Below, in pieces: positions 12,241-23,939 of a stretch of DNA of 64,000 bases. The DNA is from Euprymna scolopes. Lineage: Eukaryota. The notes beneath the pieces are model-generated. The model was given only the letters and a program-made list of their open reading frames with translations, did no database searches and was not told the origin of the DNA. The stretch lies in the NCBI GenBank assembly GCA_053919585.1, contig CM132784.1. One strand, given 5' to 3'. Every line of letters begins with the position of its first letter. Positions within the stretch are counted from its first letter, which is position 1. The position numbers and the translations under genes are program-made.

Positions 12241-14099
12241 GTGTTAAATCCAAGGTAGCTAATCAGCGGCTTGGTTCTCACCAGTTTTGGCAAATAACAA
12301 ATAGGATCCTGAACAGAAGTGTGCGTTCTATCCCAACAATTATCAATGGACCAGAGGTCATCTCGTCAGCGTCAAACAAGGCCAAACTATTTGCAAAGAA
12401 CTTTGCAGCTAATTCTACCCTATGAGACGAAGGCCATCAACTCCCCATATTTCCTCCTATAACACAGAACAAGCTAGGTAACATGCAAATATCCGTGCAT
12501 GAGGTCGCCAAGCTAATCAAGAACCTAGATTCCAGTAAAGCAACTGGTCCTGATGACATCCCAATTATAGTGTTAAAAAAGCTTCAACCAGAACTTGCTC
12601 CCATACTTACGAAACTATTTAAGCGCTGCCGTAAGGAGAAGTGCTTTCCGACTCGCTGGAAGACCTCATCAGTTTGCCCTGTATTTAAGAATTCAGGTGA
12701 TAAGTCATCTCCCTCTCAGTACAGACCAATAAGTCTCCTGTGTGTTATGAGTAAGTTGCTGGAATCCATATTAAATAGAGAAATAGTCAACCACCTCAGC
12801 AGGAATAACCTTCTTAGTGACACACAATATGGTTTCCGCTCTGCAAGATCTACCGCAGATGTGCTGACGGTTATATCCCACAGGATTAGTGAATCTCTTG
12901 ACAAAGGCTTCCTTTCTAGGGCAATTGCTTTTGACATATCAAAGGCCTTCGACAAGGTATGGCATAAGGGTCTACTTCACAATATTTCCAGCTACGGTAT
13001 AACTGGAAATGTTTTCTCAATCATTAAATCATTTCTCTCCGATAGGCTCATAAGAGTAGTGGTAGATAGACAAAAATCGGAGGCCTGCAATATAAATGCT
13101 GGAGTCCCTCAGGGGTAAATCCTGGGCCCAACTCTCTTCCTGATCTACATCAATGACCTCCCTAAACACATACTTAAATCATTCGTTGACATCTATGCTG
13201 ATGACACGACCATCTACGGCAACACATCAAAGGCTGTAAACGACAAAGTTCTCTCTGATTCTCTCTCCTCTGAGCTCGAGCGCGTGGTTCAGTGGGGGAA
13301 GACGTGGCTGGTTACCTTTAATGCATCCAAAACCAAACTTCTATCCTTACATCATCAACGCTCTGATCCCCATCTGGCATCAATTGTGATAGATGGCTCT
13401 CGTCTGGGTGAGGCCCCGTGTTTTGACAAGCTTCTGGGTTTGACCTTTACTCCTGATCTGAAATGGAACACGTACATCAAGTCTGTTGCCAGGGTCGCTG
13501 GAAAGATGGTGGGATCCTTCTACCGCTCCAGAAGATATCTCACTACTGATGCAATTCCCTATCTATATAAAAGCCAAGTACGTCCAAGGATGGAATACTG
13601 TTGCCATATCTGGGCAGGAGCTGCAAAAAAAACAGCCTATCCTGCCTTGACAGAGTACAAAATAGACTTCGTTGCTTAGTGTGGGATGCCCTTTTCTCTA
13701 CCCTGCAACCTCTCTCCCACAGAAGAGACGTTGCGAGCCTATCCTTGTTTTATCGTTATTTCCATGGCAGGTGCTCGTCTGAACTCCAATCTCTGGTCCC
13801 CCCTCGCCAATCTTTCACGAAAAACACCCGTCTAGCTGAATCCACCGTGAAAAATTTCCCCCATTCTATATCTGTGCCCAAATCAAAACGCGGATTCCAT
13901 GAACAAAGCTTCTTTCTTAGAACTGCACGCCTGTGGAACTCTGTTCCGTCTGCCTGCTTCCCACCGGACTACAACTTGGATATCTTCAAGTCCAACGTAA
14001 ACAAATTCCTAATGAACCGCCCCCTTAAGTAAACACTTGATCAAATCTCCACACTAACGTAATGTACCCTTATCCCTGAGTGTCTTCCGGGCCTTGATA
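12236..14099 (+). mobile_element. 5'-truncated CR1/Zenon-type LINE, RT pseudogene (family A copy 1)
   Basis: ORFs 12483-13118, 13284-13679 and 13601-14032 carry KATGPDDIP, YRPISLL, QYGFR, FDISKAFDKVWH, GVPQG*ILGP, YADDTT, RPRMEYCCHIW and LWNS. It has in-frame stops and a frameshift, and the 3' UTR runs into an N gap. Confidence 0.95.
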
Positions 14100-15199
14100 N
14101 NNNNNNNNNNNNNNNNNNNNNNNNNNNNNNNNNNNNNNNNNNNNNNNNNNNNNNNNNNNNNNNNNNNNNNNNNNNNNNNNNNNNNNNNNNNNNNNNNNNN
14201 NNNNNNNNNNNNNNNNNNNNNNNNNNNNNNACAAAGTTCAAAACACCCATAAAAAAAAGTAGGTCACGTTGTGTACCTGATATAGAAAGGGCAGGAAAAA
14301 AAGAGAAAGAAAAAGAAACAGAGAAAATAAAAATAACAGAAAAGAGGAAAAACGAAAAAGAAATAATACATTTTTCAAACTAACATCACCCTTTGAAATA
14401 ATTAAACTAATTTCATCTTAATTTCTTTAATCTGCTTAATTCGAATTAATCCAGTCAATTAAAATAACATCATTTAATGCACAAGGTGCTATTCTTGTTA
14501 ATTGTATACGCATTAATAATGTCCTTTAAATGGGAAAATTAAACTGAAGGTTTAGAATATAATAATGGTTGTGAGTAATTTGTAAAGCTAAGGCTAATCG
14601 TATTAATAGAACGTGTTATTTTTATTTTATAATCCTAATGGTAATACACTAGAGTAAAATAAAAATAATAATACTTTACTGAAAAGTATAAAAATATCGG
14701 TAATAATAATATTTAATAATATTTNNNNNNNNNNNNNNNNNNNNNNNNNNNNNNNNNNNNNNNNNNNNNNNNNNNNNNNNNNNNNNNNNNNNNNNNNNNN
14801 NNNNNNNNNNNNNNNNNNNNNNNNNNNNNNNNNNNNNNNNNNNNNNNNNNNNNNNNNNNNNNNNNNNNNNNNATAAAAAACAACAAATTAGCCTCTATAC
14901 TGCTTATTAACATTAAGAAGATAACAAGATAAGAAAGTAGGGTTGTGTAACTAAGGCTATAGCATTGAGTTACTTTAGTACCGGCAGGGATGACACATTA
15001 TTGAGCATTGTGCGTTCATATTCATATTTGCGGATCGGGAAATTATCTTGCAATGGGGAATGTTTACTCTTTTTGTGGGTAGTAAAAAAGGACGACTTAT
15101 AAACTCCTTAATTGAGAAACTACGTGTTTTTTTAAATACTATTCTAACAAGCTCCCAAATTGCAAATTATGTGTAATCATAGGTTTCCATACCAGCTGA

Positions 15200-15380
15200 T
15201 TCTGTTGGTACACAGTCATGAACATATTTCGGCCAGCTAGCTATTAGTAACTCGATACCTGTTCAGACGACACAGTTTATACGAAAGCAAAGATTGCAAA
15301 ATTTGCTTTCGCATGAGGCAAGCTGCCGAAATATGCTCATGACTGTGTAGCAACATATTACATCTTATGCAAAAATAAGT
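15200..15380. mobile_element. Inverted pair of Penelope-like terminal fragments
   Basis: 15203-15240 is the reverse complement of 15322-15355 (ccgaaatatg(c/t)tcatgactgtgta). Same family as 12136-12190. Confidence 0.6.
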
Positions 15381-15389
15381 ACAGAGTAT

Positions 15390-15408
15390 ATATATATATA
15401 ATATAAAG

Positions 15409-15444
<36 letters not shown>

Positions 15445-16161
15445 TCACGAACAGGCTCCTATATGGTTGACTATTTAAAAAAAAAAAACTGATTGTATAT
15501 AATGATAGAAGATGTATCGAGACACAGGAATGGGTATGTTTGATCTGGCAGAACGGTGGTTCATTAAAATTGTGGGGTCTGCGTTCGCGCCTGGTTCACA
15601 AAGTATGGAAATAAAAAATTAAAAAATTAAATAAAACGTTTACAAGTGTTTCTGATATAGATGTACACAAAAATACTTTGATAAGTATGTTTTTACTTAA
15701 ATAGGGATGGTATAATAAAATTGTGGGGTCTTCGTTCGCCTCCATAGAATGGAAATAGGCACAAACTTTGATAAAGACTTTTCATATCTATCTTCGTAAG
15801 TGTACTTTGATAATTATGTTTCAGTTTGAAGAAATATGGTATAATAAAATTATGGGATGTTCGTTCGCACCTGACCTCCATAGAATGGAAATATGTCACA
15901 AAGTTTAACAAGGTTTTTTTAATATTGATCCACAGAATATTATGATAAGTGTTTGAGTGTGAACAGGTATGGTATAATAAATTATGGGGTGTATCTATTT
16001 TATTTTTACTTTCATCATATTTTGCTTTGGTTTTGATACCTCCAAATTCAACCCAAATTTTCAACCCTTCCTTTTCGTAACCTATCATACTTTAAAAAAA
16101 TCAGAGTCCATTTTCTGTAGGCTGTTTTTTGAACCCAGTCAACAACGGGTACATTTGCTAG
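15390..16161 (+). mobile_element. Non-autonomous Helitron-like element (family H1) with internal ~130-bp subrepeats
   Basis: 5' tatataatataa + (GT)n. 3' hairpin acccagtc..acgggt followed by CTAG (16158-16161) and T. A near-identical inverted copy lies at 20121-20861. Confidence 0.75.
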
Positions 16162-16174
16162 TGTATATATATAT

Positions 16175-16625
16175 TAGTGATGGGATGATTCCAATATTTT
16201 TTCCGATTCCGATATAATTACCGATTCAGTGCTAAATTCCCTATTCCGATGAAATTACCGATTCTGATTCCGATTCTTTATAAATCTTTAATTATTTTAC
16301 TATAATATTGTTATTTTCCCCGATTTTCGAAAAAAACATATGTTAAATATGTAGATATTTTCCTAAACGTCAAAATACACTTGTGGAAAGTGGTCTATCG
16401 ATTGTAGCTTTTACAGATATTATAAAATCAATAAATGTTTATTATTTTTATCATTATTACTAACAATGGAAAATTTTACTTTAAACAAAATCAACTAATA
16501 AAAGACAAAAAATTGTTTTGCCATTGGAAAATAGGCAACAATTTTTTTCCGATTTTGATACCGATTCCGATACCCCCAAATCTCCTGATATTTCTGATTC
16601 GCGATTCCGATTAATCGTCCCAACA

Positions 16626-16628
<3 letters not shown>
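16175..16628. mobile_element. hAT-like MITE
   Basis: TIRs tagtgatgggatgatt / rc tagtgttgggacgatt. Many subterminal ccgat(t/a) motifs. Flanked by atatatat on both sides, within (TA)n. Confidence 0.7.
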
Positions 16629-16684
<56 letters not shown>

Positions 16685-16956
16685 TGCTGGGAAACCATGA
16701 TGTAATATACTGTTTTGTTTTAAAATCCCCGAAACAGTGTTTCATGGTAAACAACTGATGTTTCCTTAAATTTTATTGGTGCTAATAGTAAATTCGATAG
16801 AGCAAATTGCAGGTTATACAATCACTGACTGACTAAGTAGTTTTCTAACGAATGATAAAAATAAATCTGACAGTTTACATGGTTGTCTTTTTTTGTATAG
16901 TTTTAAGGTTCAAAACTGTATATATATACTTATTTTTTTACTATAATAATTAAATA

Positions 16957-17002
16957 CCTACAGACACTAGTGTTTCATCCTTTCGGGATTCTTCAGTGCA
17001 GG
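16957..17002 (-). ncRNA. Minimal type I hammerhead ribozyme
   Basis: The reverse complement reads CCUGCA-CUGAAGA-AUCC(CGAAA)GGAU-GAAA-CAC(UA)GUG-UC^UGUAGG. The core CUGANGA/GAAA/UH is complete, with a 6-bp stem I, 4-bp stem II and palindromic stem III ACACUAGUGU. Confidence 0.85.
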
Positions 17003-17100
17003 GTGTCACGACTACTACCAGTCGAACGATTCGAACCCCGCGACACGAGACATCTCTGGCTCGATTAGCGGAGGCCGTATCCATTCGGCTACCATTAACC
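17003..17100 (-). mobile_element. tRNA-derived Pol III head (SINE/retrozyme-like) directly upstream of the hammerhead
   Basis: A-box-like TAGCCGAATGG, B-box GGTTCGAATC and long-variable-arm spacing. No intact acceptor stem. Confidence 0.7.
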
Positions 17101-17263
17101 GTGTGAAATAGCGTTGAATTTTAAACATTTTAATTTAAATGTTCATTACGTCAGACAGACAGTGATCAAATCGTTATACGATGATCTACGCATAAGAGCT
17201 AAATTGACCGACTTTTAATTCAACTGAAAGTGCTCAACGATAAGAAACGAATTTCTTAAAGCT

Positions 17264-17335
<72 letters not shown>

Positions 17336-18250
17336 AGTTTACATGGTTGTCTTTCGAAAGCGTACGAGTAATTATTCCTTGATGAGGACAGCATATACAC
17401 GCCACGATAAGTAGGATATTTCAATCTGCAGATATTCTCTATATTTACCTTTCGGCTTGATAGCAGAAAATCTTTCACATGTCATCGCTGCTGATGCCAA
17501 TGTGCTGAGATAAACAACCCAACGTACTGAAGTTCATTGGACCTTTTTGAACCTTATTCCTGGGAATGGAAATTGAATTGGAAATTGATTAATGGTGTCC
17601 CAAGGTGATTAGCGGATCAATATGTTTAGCTAAAATGATTAGAGAAATAGTGACGCGTGTTTATTCGGGAGGATGACGGTTTGGAAACAATATAATTCTT
17701 CTAAATCTAAAATCTTTTAATTTTAGGAAAGGAACGCTAAAGATTCTTTATATGAGTACTAGCTGCATATAATCGATGTTGCCAGGTTTAAAAATATTGG
17801 CGGGCGGAGGGTTTAGTTACATACAATTTAAGATAGACCGGATATCCTAACTTAGTACGATTTTCCTGGAAGTGAATACCATGTTTGATAAGATAAAATA
17901 TACCCATTTTCATCTATAAAATATAAACGGGGAAATAACTTAAAGGGCTAAATAACTCTTAAAGCTGTAATAAATAAACTTACGTCCGTGTATAAAGGCA
18001 AATGGTGTAGGTTAATAATAATTGAAAATAAATTAAATTAAATATAAATCAAATTAAAATAAATTAAATAAATCAACTTTAAATAAAAAAAGGCTCCTTC
18101 AGTTTTTGATAGATCAGGGATACACACGAACAGGTGCTTACGCGTGAAATTTTGTGGTAGAAGGTGCACAATCTCCAACCACACCTCTTCTGAGTCGAAA
18201 TTGTTAAATGCAAGTGGCTAGTGAAGTATACGACTGAAGATAAGTAAATA

Positions 18251-18368
18251 GCACATACAATGCCTAGAATTCTCAAATATTCTCTCATTTGACACAAACC
18301 AGGCTCGACGTTGATTAACTTCTGTGATCTGATGTGACCCGGTGTGTCAACGTTATTATGCCGCATAT
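18251..18368 (-). pseudogene. Degenerate 5S rRNA pseudogene / SINE3-like head
   Basis: The reverse complement aacgttgacacaccgggtcacatcagatcacagaagttaatcaacgtcgagcctggtt...gagaattctaggcattgta follows the metazoan 5S pattern (GATC..GAAGTTAAGC..GG) over ~118 nt. The C-box is degraded. Confidence 0.65.
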
Positions 18369-18700
18369 AATCAACTTTAAATCAATTTCTAAATAGAGCA
18401 ATTAACACAATTTTTTTACGATAAACAATTAATAATATGAAGCTAATTATTAAAATAGATGTTCATAAATGGGTACTTATGCACTTATTGAACTGTGCTG
18501 AAATACCAACGTTATTATTTAGAAAGCCAATCTTAACATGGAAAGAGAAGAGTGTTTTGTAACTATTTTGTGCTTTTATGTAACAATTGAATAAAAAAAA
18601 GATATCGTAAAACTTTAATTTAAAAATAGTGCGCAAGAACCCATTAGTGTAATTTGCAAATGAGGTTACTCCATGAATGTAGATTCCCTTTGAATAAATA

Positions 18701-18787
<87 letters not shown>

Positions 18788-20048
18788 AAGATTGTAAACG
18801 TCCGTATTCAGTTTAAACATTAATTTGTAAAACAGTGGAACTTTCGTACATACTAACCAAGGTGTAAGCAAAGAAATAGACAGGAATACGACATTATTAT
18901 AAGAGATATACCAAACAAAAAAGGGTAGGAGCGTTTCTCCAACTTTTATGATCTTGGAAAGTGCGTACTAAGACCTTTTTTATAGAAATCGTCCCAGAGA
19001 GGCCAATTGACATAAAGAGCTAAAACATACTACTTCAATGTCAAAAGGTAGCCTACCATTATTGTTAGATGGATAAATTCAAACTCCAAAATCATCAATT
19101 TTTCATCCCCCTGGCAGAAACATCGCTCATAAACTATAAGAACTAAAGGACAAAATAAGGGAAGCGATAATGATGAGGTTATCGAAATTAATTCCAAGGT
19201 CAACATTTTACTCTCTTAAAACTTTTTTGACTCACAAGGAAATTGAGATATCGATTATATGGTGTAGTTTTTAATCTATCATTTAATTTGAAAAAAAATC
19301 TTCCTTGTTTTCAATCATTACATAATAATGTTGGTAAAGTAATATTCGAAAAAAATTAATCAACAGTTAATTATTTGATTTAATTATTGTTTTCTGTTCA
19401 TTTATAAAAAAGGTTTTATTTAAGTTTCCAAATGCAAAAAAAAAAAAGATAAATATTAGCGGGGCGTAGACTTATTTATAAGATACTCTTACGTTCAAGC
19501 AAATAATTTATTATTCCTTATAAAACAAGGATTAAATAAATGGGATGAGAAATCGACTCTAAAACATGTTATTAAAGGTAAGATTCTTGAAATTATAATG
19601 TGTTTTTTGGTTAATACTTGCGTAGCACTAATACATAGAAGGAATGAAGCGCCATCTTCAAATTATGCTGCCTTATATACCAGTGCTAGGTTTAATAATC
19701 TACCAGACTTCATTCTCATTTTGGAATCCAGTAAAATGAAGCGACTACAAAAAAGATATACTAAACCATAGTAAACTATTCGATTGGTGAAAGAAAGATT
19801 ATTGATATTTACTTCTTTAATAATTCACTGTTTAAGAGGTTCCGCGTGAACTATCATGCAAGGAATGAACGCTACCTAAATATTTTCAGTATTCGCAATG
19901 GTTTTAGTTTGATTCATTTTGACAAAGAGAAAAGAACCACTCGAAATATTAAAAATATAACATATCAAAAACAACAATGTTTTTATGCTCCTTACAATCC
20001 CGAAATACTTTTCTAGAAGTATACATGGAATAACATAGAAATTTACAC

Positions 20049-20120
<72 letters not shown>

Positions 20121-20121
<1 letters not shown>

Positions 20122-20861
20122 TAGTAAAATTACCCGTCGTTGACTGGGTTCAAAAATAGTCTACAGAAAATGAACTCTGATTTATGACAGTATGATAGGT
20201 TATGAAAAGGAAGGGTTGTAAAGAGATAGCTTTGAATTTGGGGGTATCAAAACCAAAGCAAAATATGATGAAAGTAAAAATAAAATAGATAAACCCCATA
20301 ATTTATTATACCATACCTGTTCACACTGAAATATTTATCATAATATTCTGTGGATCTATATAAAAAAAAACCTTGTTAAACTTTGTGACATATTTCCATT
20401 CTATGGAGGCCAGGCGCGAACCAACACCCCATAATTTTATTATACCATATTTCTTCAAACTCAAACCTAATTATCAAAGTAGATGGATATGAAAGTCTTT
20501 ATTAAAGTTTGTGCCTATTTCCATTCTATGGAGGCCTGGCGCGAACGCAAACCCCACAATTTCATCATACCATCCCTATTTAAGTTAAAACATACTTATC
20601 AAAGTATTCTCATGTACATTTATATCAAAAATACTTGTAAACGTTTTTTTTTTTTAATTTTTTATTTCCATACTTTGTGGACCAGGCGCGTACGCAGACC
20701 CCACAATTTTAATGAACCACCGTTCTCCCAGATCAAACATACCCATTTCTGTGTCTCGATAATCTTCTATCATTATATGTGATCAGTTTTTTAAAATAGT
20801 CAACCATATATGAGCCTATTCGTGATCAGAGACACACACACGTTCAGTTTTATATTATAGA
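20121..20861 (-). mobile_element. Non-autonomous Helitron-like element (family H1), second copy
   Basis: Minus-strand TC start and CTAG end, hairpin acccgtcgttgactgggt, A|T flanks (20120/20862). Homologous to 15390-16161. Confidence 0.8.
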
Positions 20862-20867
20862 TATATA

Positions 20868-21068
20868 GTGTGTTTATTATAGAAACATTATTGGTTGCTT
20901 ATGTGCATATATGTGTCAGTATAATTTCAATTCAAAGAGACCCCCCTCATCAGACCAAAAAGAAGAAATTATTTGGTCTGATGAAGTGGTCCCTTTGAAT
21001 TGAAATTTCACTGAAATATGTATGCACCTATGTAACCAATAATGTTTGTATAATGAACAGACTGTATA
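20868..21068. mobile_element. Foldback of two Penelope-like termini, each starting with a CTGATGA hammerhead-like core
   Basis: Inverted arms of ~90 bp centred at ~20966. The plus arm reads ggt-CTGATGA-agtg..cact-GAAA-tatgta. Confidence 0.65.
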
Positions 21069-21163
21069 ACAGCTCTGTCCTACACTGAGCATTTATTAAT
21101 AATCACGTGGGTTTCATTGGATTTACCTCTAGGAAACCAATCTATGCAACCATTATACCCCCC

Positions 21164-21232
<69 letters not shown>

Positions 21233-21284
21233 TAAGTGATTTTCCTCGTTTTCGGACTTACATGTAACAGATATCTTATTCCAT

Positions 21285-21768
21285 CAGACATTCGTTGCCG
21301 TGAAAAACACCAAACGGAACGATGTCGAAAAAAGAAAGAAAAAAAATCATTTTAAATATCTTTACTTGAAAATGTTTTCTTTGAAAATCGAAAATTCGTT
21401 CGTTTTTTTCAACACTTTCGAATTTAAAATTCTCAACTGCTTTCAACGAGAAGAAATCACTTAACCAACAAAGGCGATCCCACGCCATCCTCTCGAACTT
21501 ACATAAAACAGAAATCTCGTTTCATCACAGATTCGTGGCCGTGAAAAACACCAAACGGAATGACGTAAAAAAAAAAAAATCTTAAATATCCCTACTTGAA
21601 AAATGTTTATTTGAAAACCGAAAATTCGTAATTAAATAAAACATGTTTATTTACAAAAAATGCATTTGTTAATCTTTTTTAACACTTTCATAGTTAAAAT
21701 TCTTAAATGTATTCGACGAGGAAAAAATATACAAAGGTGATCCACTGTCCGTCCCATTTACTTAAAAA

Positions 21769-21770
<2 letters not shown>
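21285..21770. repeat. Diverged tandem duplication (~240-bp unit, 2 copies)
   Basis: The blocks gccgtgaaaaacaccaaacggaa..tacttgaaaatgttt..cgaaaattcgt..aacactttc..caaagg(c/t)gatcc recur at ~21295 and ~21537. Confidence 0.8.
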
Positions 21771-21842
<72 letters not shown>

Positions 21843-21880
21843 CAATTAAAGTAGAAAAGACCTTACTTTTGGAACGACCC

Positions 21881-21934
<54 letters not shown>

Positions 21935-21936
<2 letters not shown>

Positions 21937-22100
21937 TTCATTTACTCATATAAAATTAATATACGAAAGTGCAAATTATAGTATATACTTCAACAGTGCT
22001 CAATACGTAGGTAGAGCTATTTAGTAAGTTATAAAATATATAGGGTGATTAATCTACACTGAATATTCCGCGTTTCATCCACTCTAGGATTCTTCAGGAT
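21935..22100 (-). mobile_element. Penelope-like terminal repeat fragment (same family as 56524-56740)
   Basis: The reverse complement ctgaaga-atcc-tagagt-ggat-gaaacgcgg...tagctctacctacgtattgagcactgttgaag matches 56560-56735. Confidence 0.65.
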
Positions 22101-22103
22101 TCA

Positions 22104-22155
<52 letters not shown>

Positions 22156-23074
22156 ACAAATGAGAAAGGTCTATATTCCAAATTTCATGATGTTAACCAT
22201 CTTATAATTTATTACTTTAATTACATTGTACATTTACAAAAATTGATAGCAACTGTTCCGTAGCGCAAACTCATTCATTTGGTTATTATATCAATCAATG
22301 TATTTATTTCGCTTTTAACCCATCAGAAGAGAAAGCAACTATCAATCAACCAAAAGTAAAAATGCATTTATGCATGATTACAAAACCCGAAAATTGGAAG
22401 AGATGTTGCATTTAAATTTTATTNNNNNNNNNNNNNNNNNNNNNNNNNNNNNNNNNNNNNNNNNNNNNNNNNNNNNNNNNNNNNNNNNNNNNNNNNNNNN
22501 NNNNNNNNNNNNNNNNNNNNNNNNNNNNNNNNNNNNNNNNNNNNNNNNNNNNNTAATACGTTCTATTCTTAAAACTAAAAAATTAAAACGTTTAAGATCT
22601 ACGAAAACGGTTGTAGTACCATTAAAACGAGCGACCTAAAGTTTTTTTTTTACGCACTACCATTTTTTCCAGTGATGAACTTGCTTTCTCACTCACATTT
22701 CTGTTGCCACTATGAAATTGACGAACCCATCTCTTCACGTTCAACAGGCGCCTGCGAATGTGGATCAGGTTCATTTTTTTCTGTATGAAAGAATTCAATG
22801 ATACATCTCTGCTACTGACGCACGTCTATGAGAGGGGTCGCTTTCTTAGAGTTTTATGTGGTCACTATCTACAACAGAGAAATGAAACTGTAAGGTCACG
22901 AATGCATTAGTTCAGTCACCATAACAATGCAATTTCGATCCCCTCTGACCCTTTAGGACGGAAAAGAAACAGATACTATTATTTTTGGAACGCCTTTCAT
23001 CTCGTCTCGTCGCCCCCTCTTCCTCCCCCCTCTCGCCCTCTCTCTCTTTATATATATATACACATGCATATGTA

Positions 23075-23105
<31 letters not shown>

Positions 23106-23592
23106 TTGTAGGTTAGTTTAGTTTCGTATATACAAACATGTATAATAGTTTATAATTTGTTGATATTATTTTCATAAGTATGCATACATAACTCAGAATT
23201 AATAAATTTACTAATTATTAAATAGTACATTTTTGTAGAAGATTCATAAATTGATTAAAATTGTTAGTACGTATAGTTGGGTTTAATGACTTTGTTTGAT
23301 AAAAAATCAATATGGCGTAATGAAAAATATAAAAGGTAACTGCAGCTTGTCTTCCAATTTTCGGAGTTTCACCATGTCAAATCACATTTCAATTCCTTTT
23401 GACGGATTGATTGTTACTATTTTTCTAATGAGTTAAGGGCATAATAGAATCACTGAGTGATATAATAAAGTGATTGATTTTGCGCTACAAAACATATACT
23501 GTCAAGAATTGTATGTCAACTGATGTAACGGAATAAGTTGTTCAACATCATGAATTTTGGAATATAGCTTTTTGTCATTTATTCTCTCTCTC

Positions 23593-23644
<52 letters not shown>

Positions 23645-23939
23645 CATTACTGCCTACTTAACCACACACTTACATACATAGTTAACAATGAAAGTCAACA
23701 AATAGAATCGAATATATGTTCATGCCTTCTACTGTATTATTTTGACTTTCTCTCTTCCGATTATTTCATTTTGTTTTTCTGCATTTCATGAGAACAAATT
23801 GAATCCAGCAAATTAGTTTTGCTTTAGCGTATCACTTCTGAGTCTATTGTTTATAGAGATTTTTTATTGATATTTAATAATCTGAACATTCTCTTATGAC
23901 AGTTTCAATAGTAAAACAACTGAACACTTCCTAAACAAT

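Noticed and set aside
17003-17100. Functional tRNA gene
   Set aside because: A/B boxes are present, but the acceptor and anticodon stems do not pair. The same holds for the tRNA-like pieces at ~30080, ~36525, ~40165 and ~43280.
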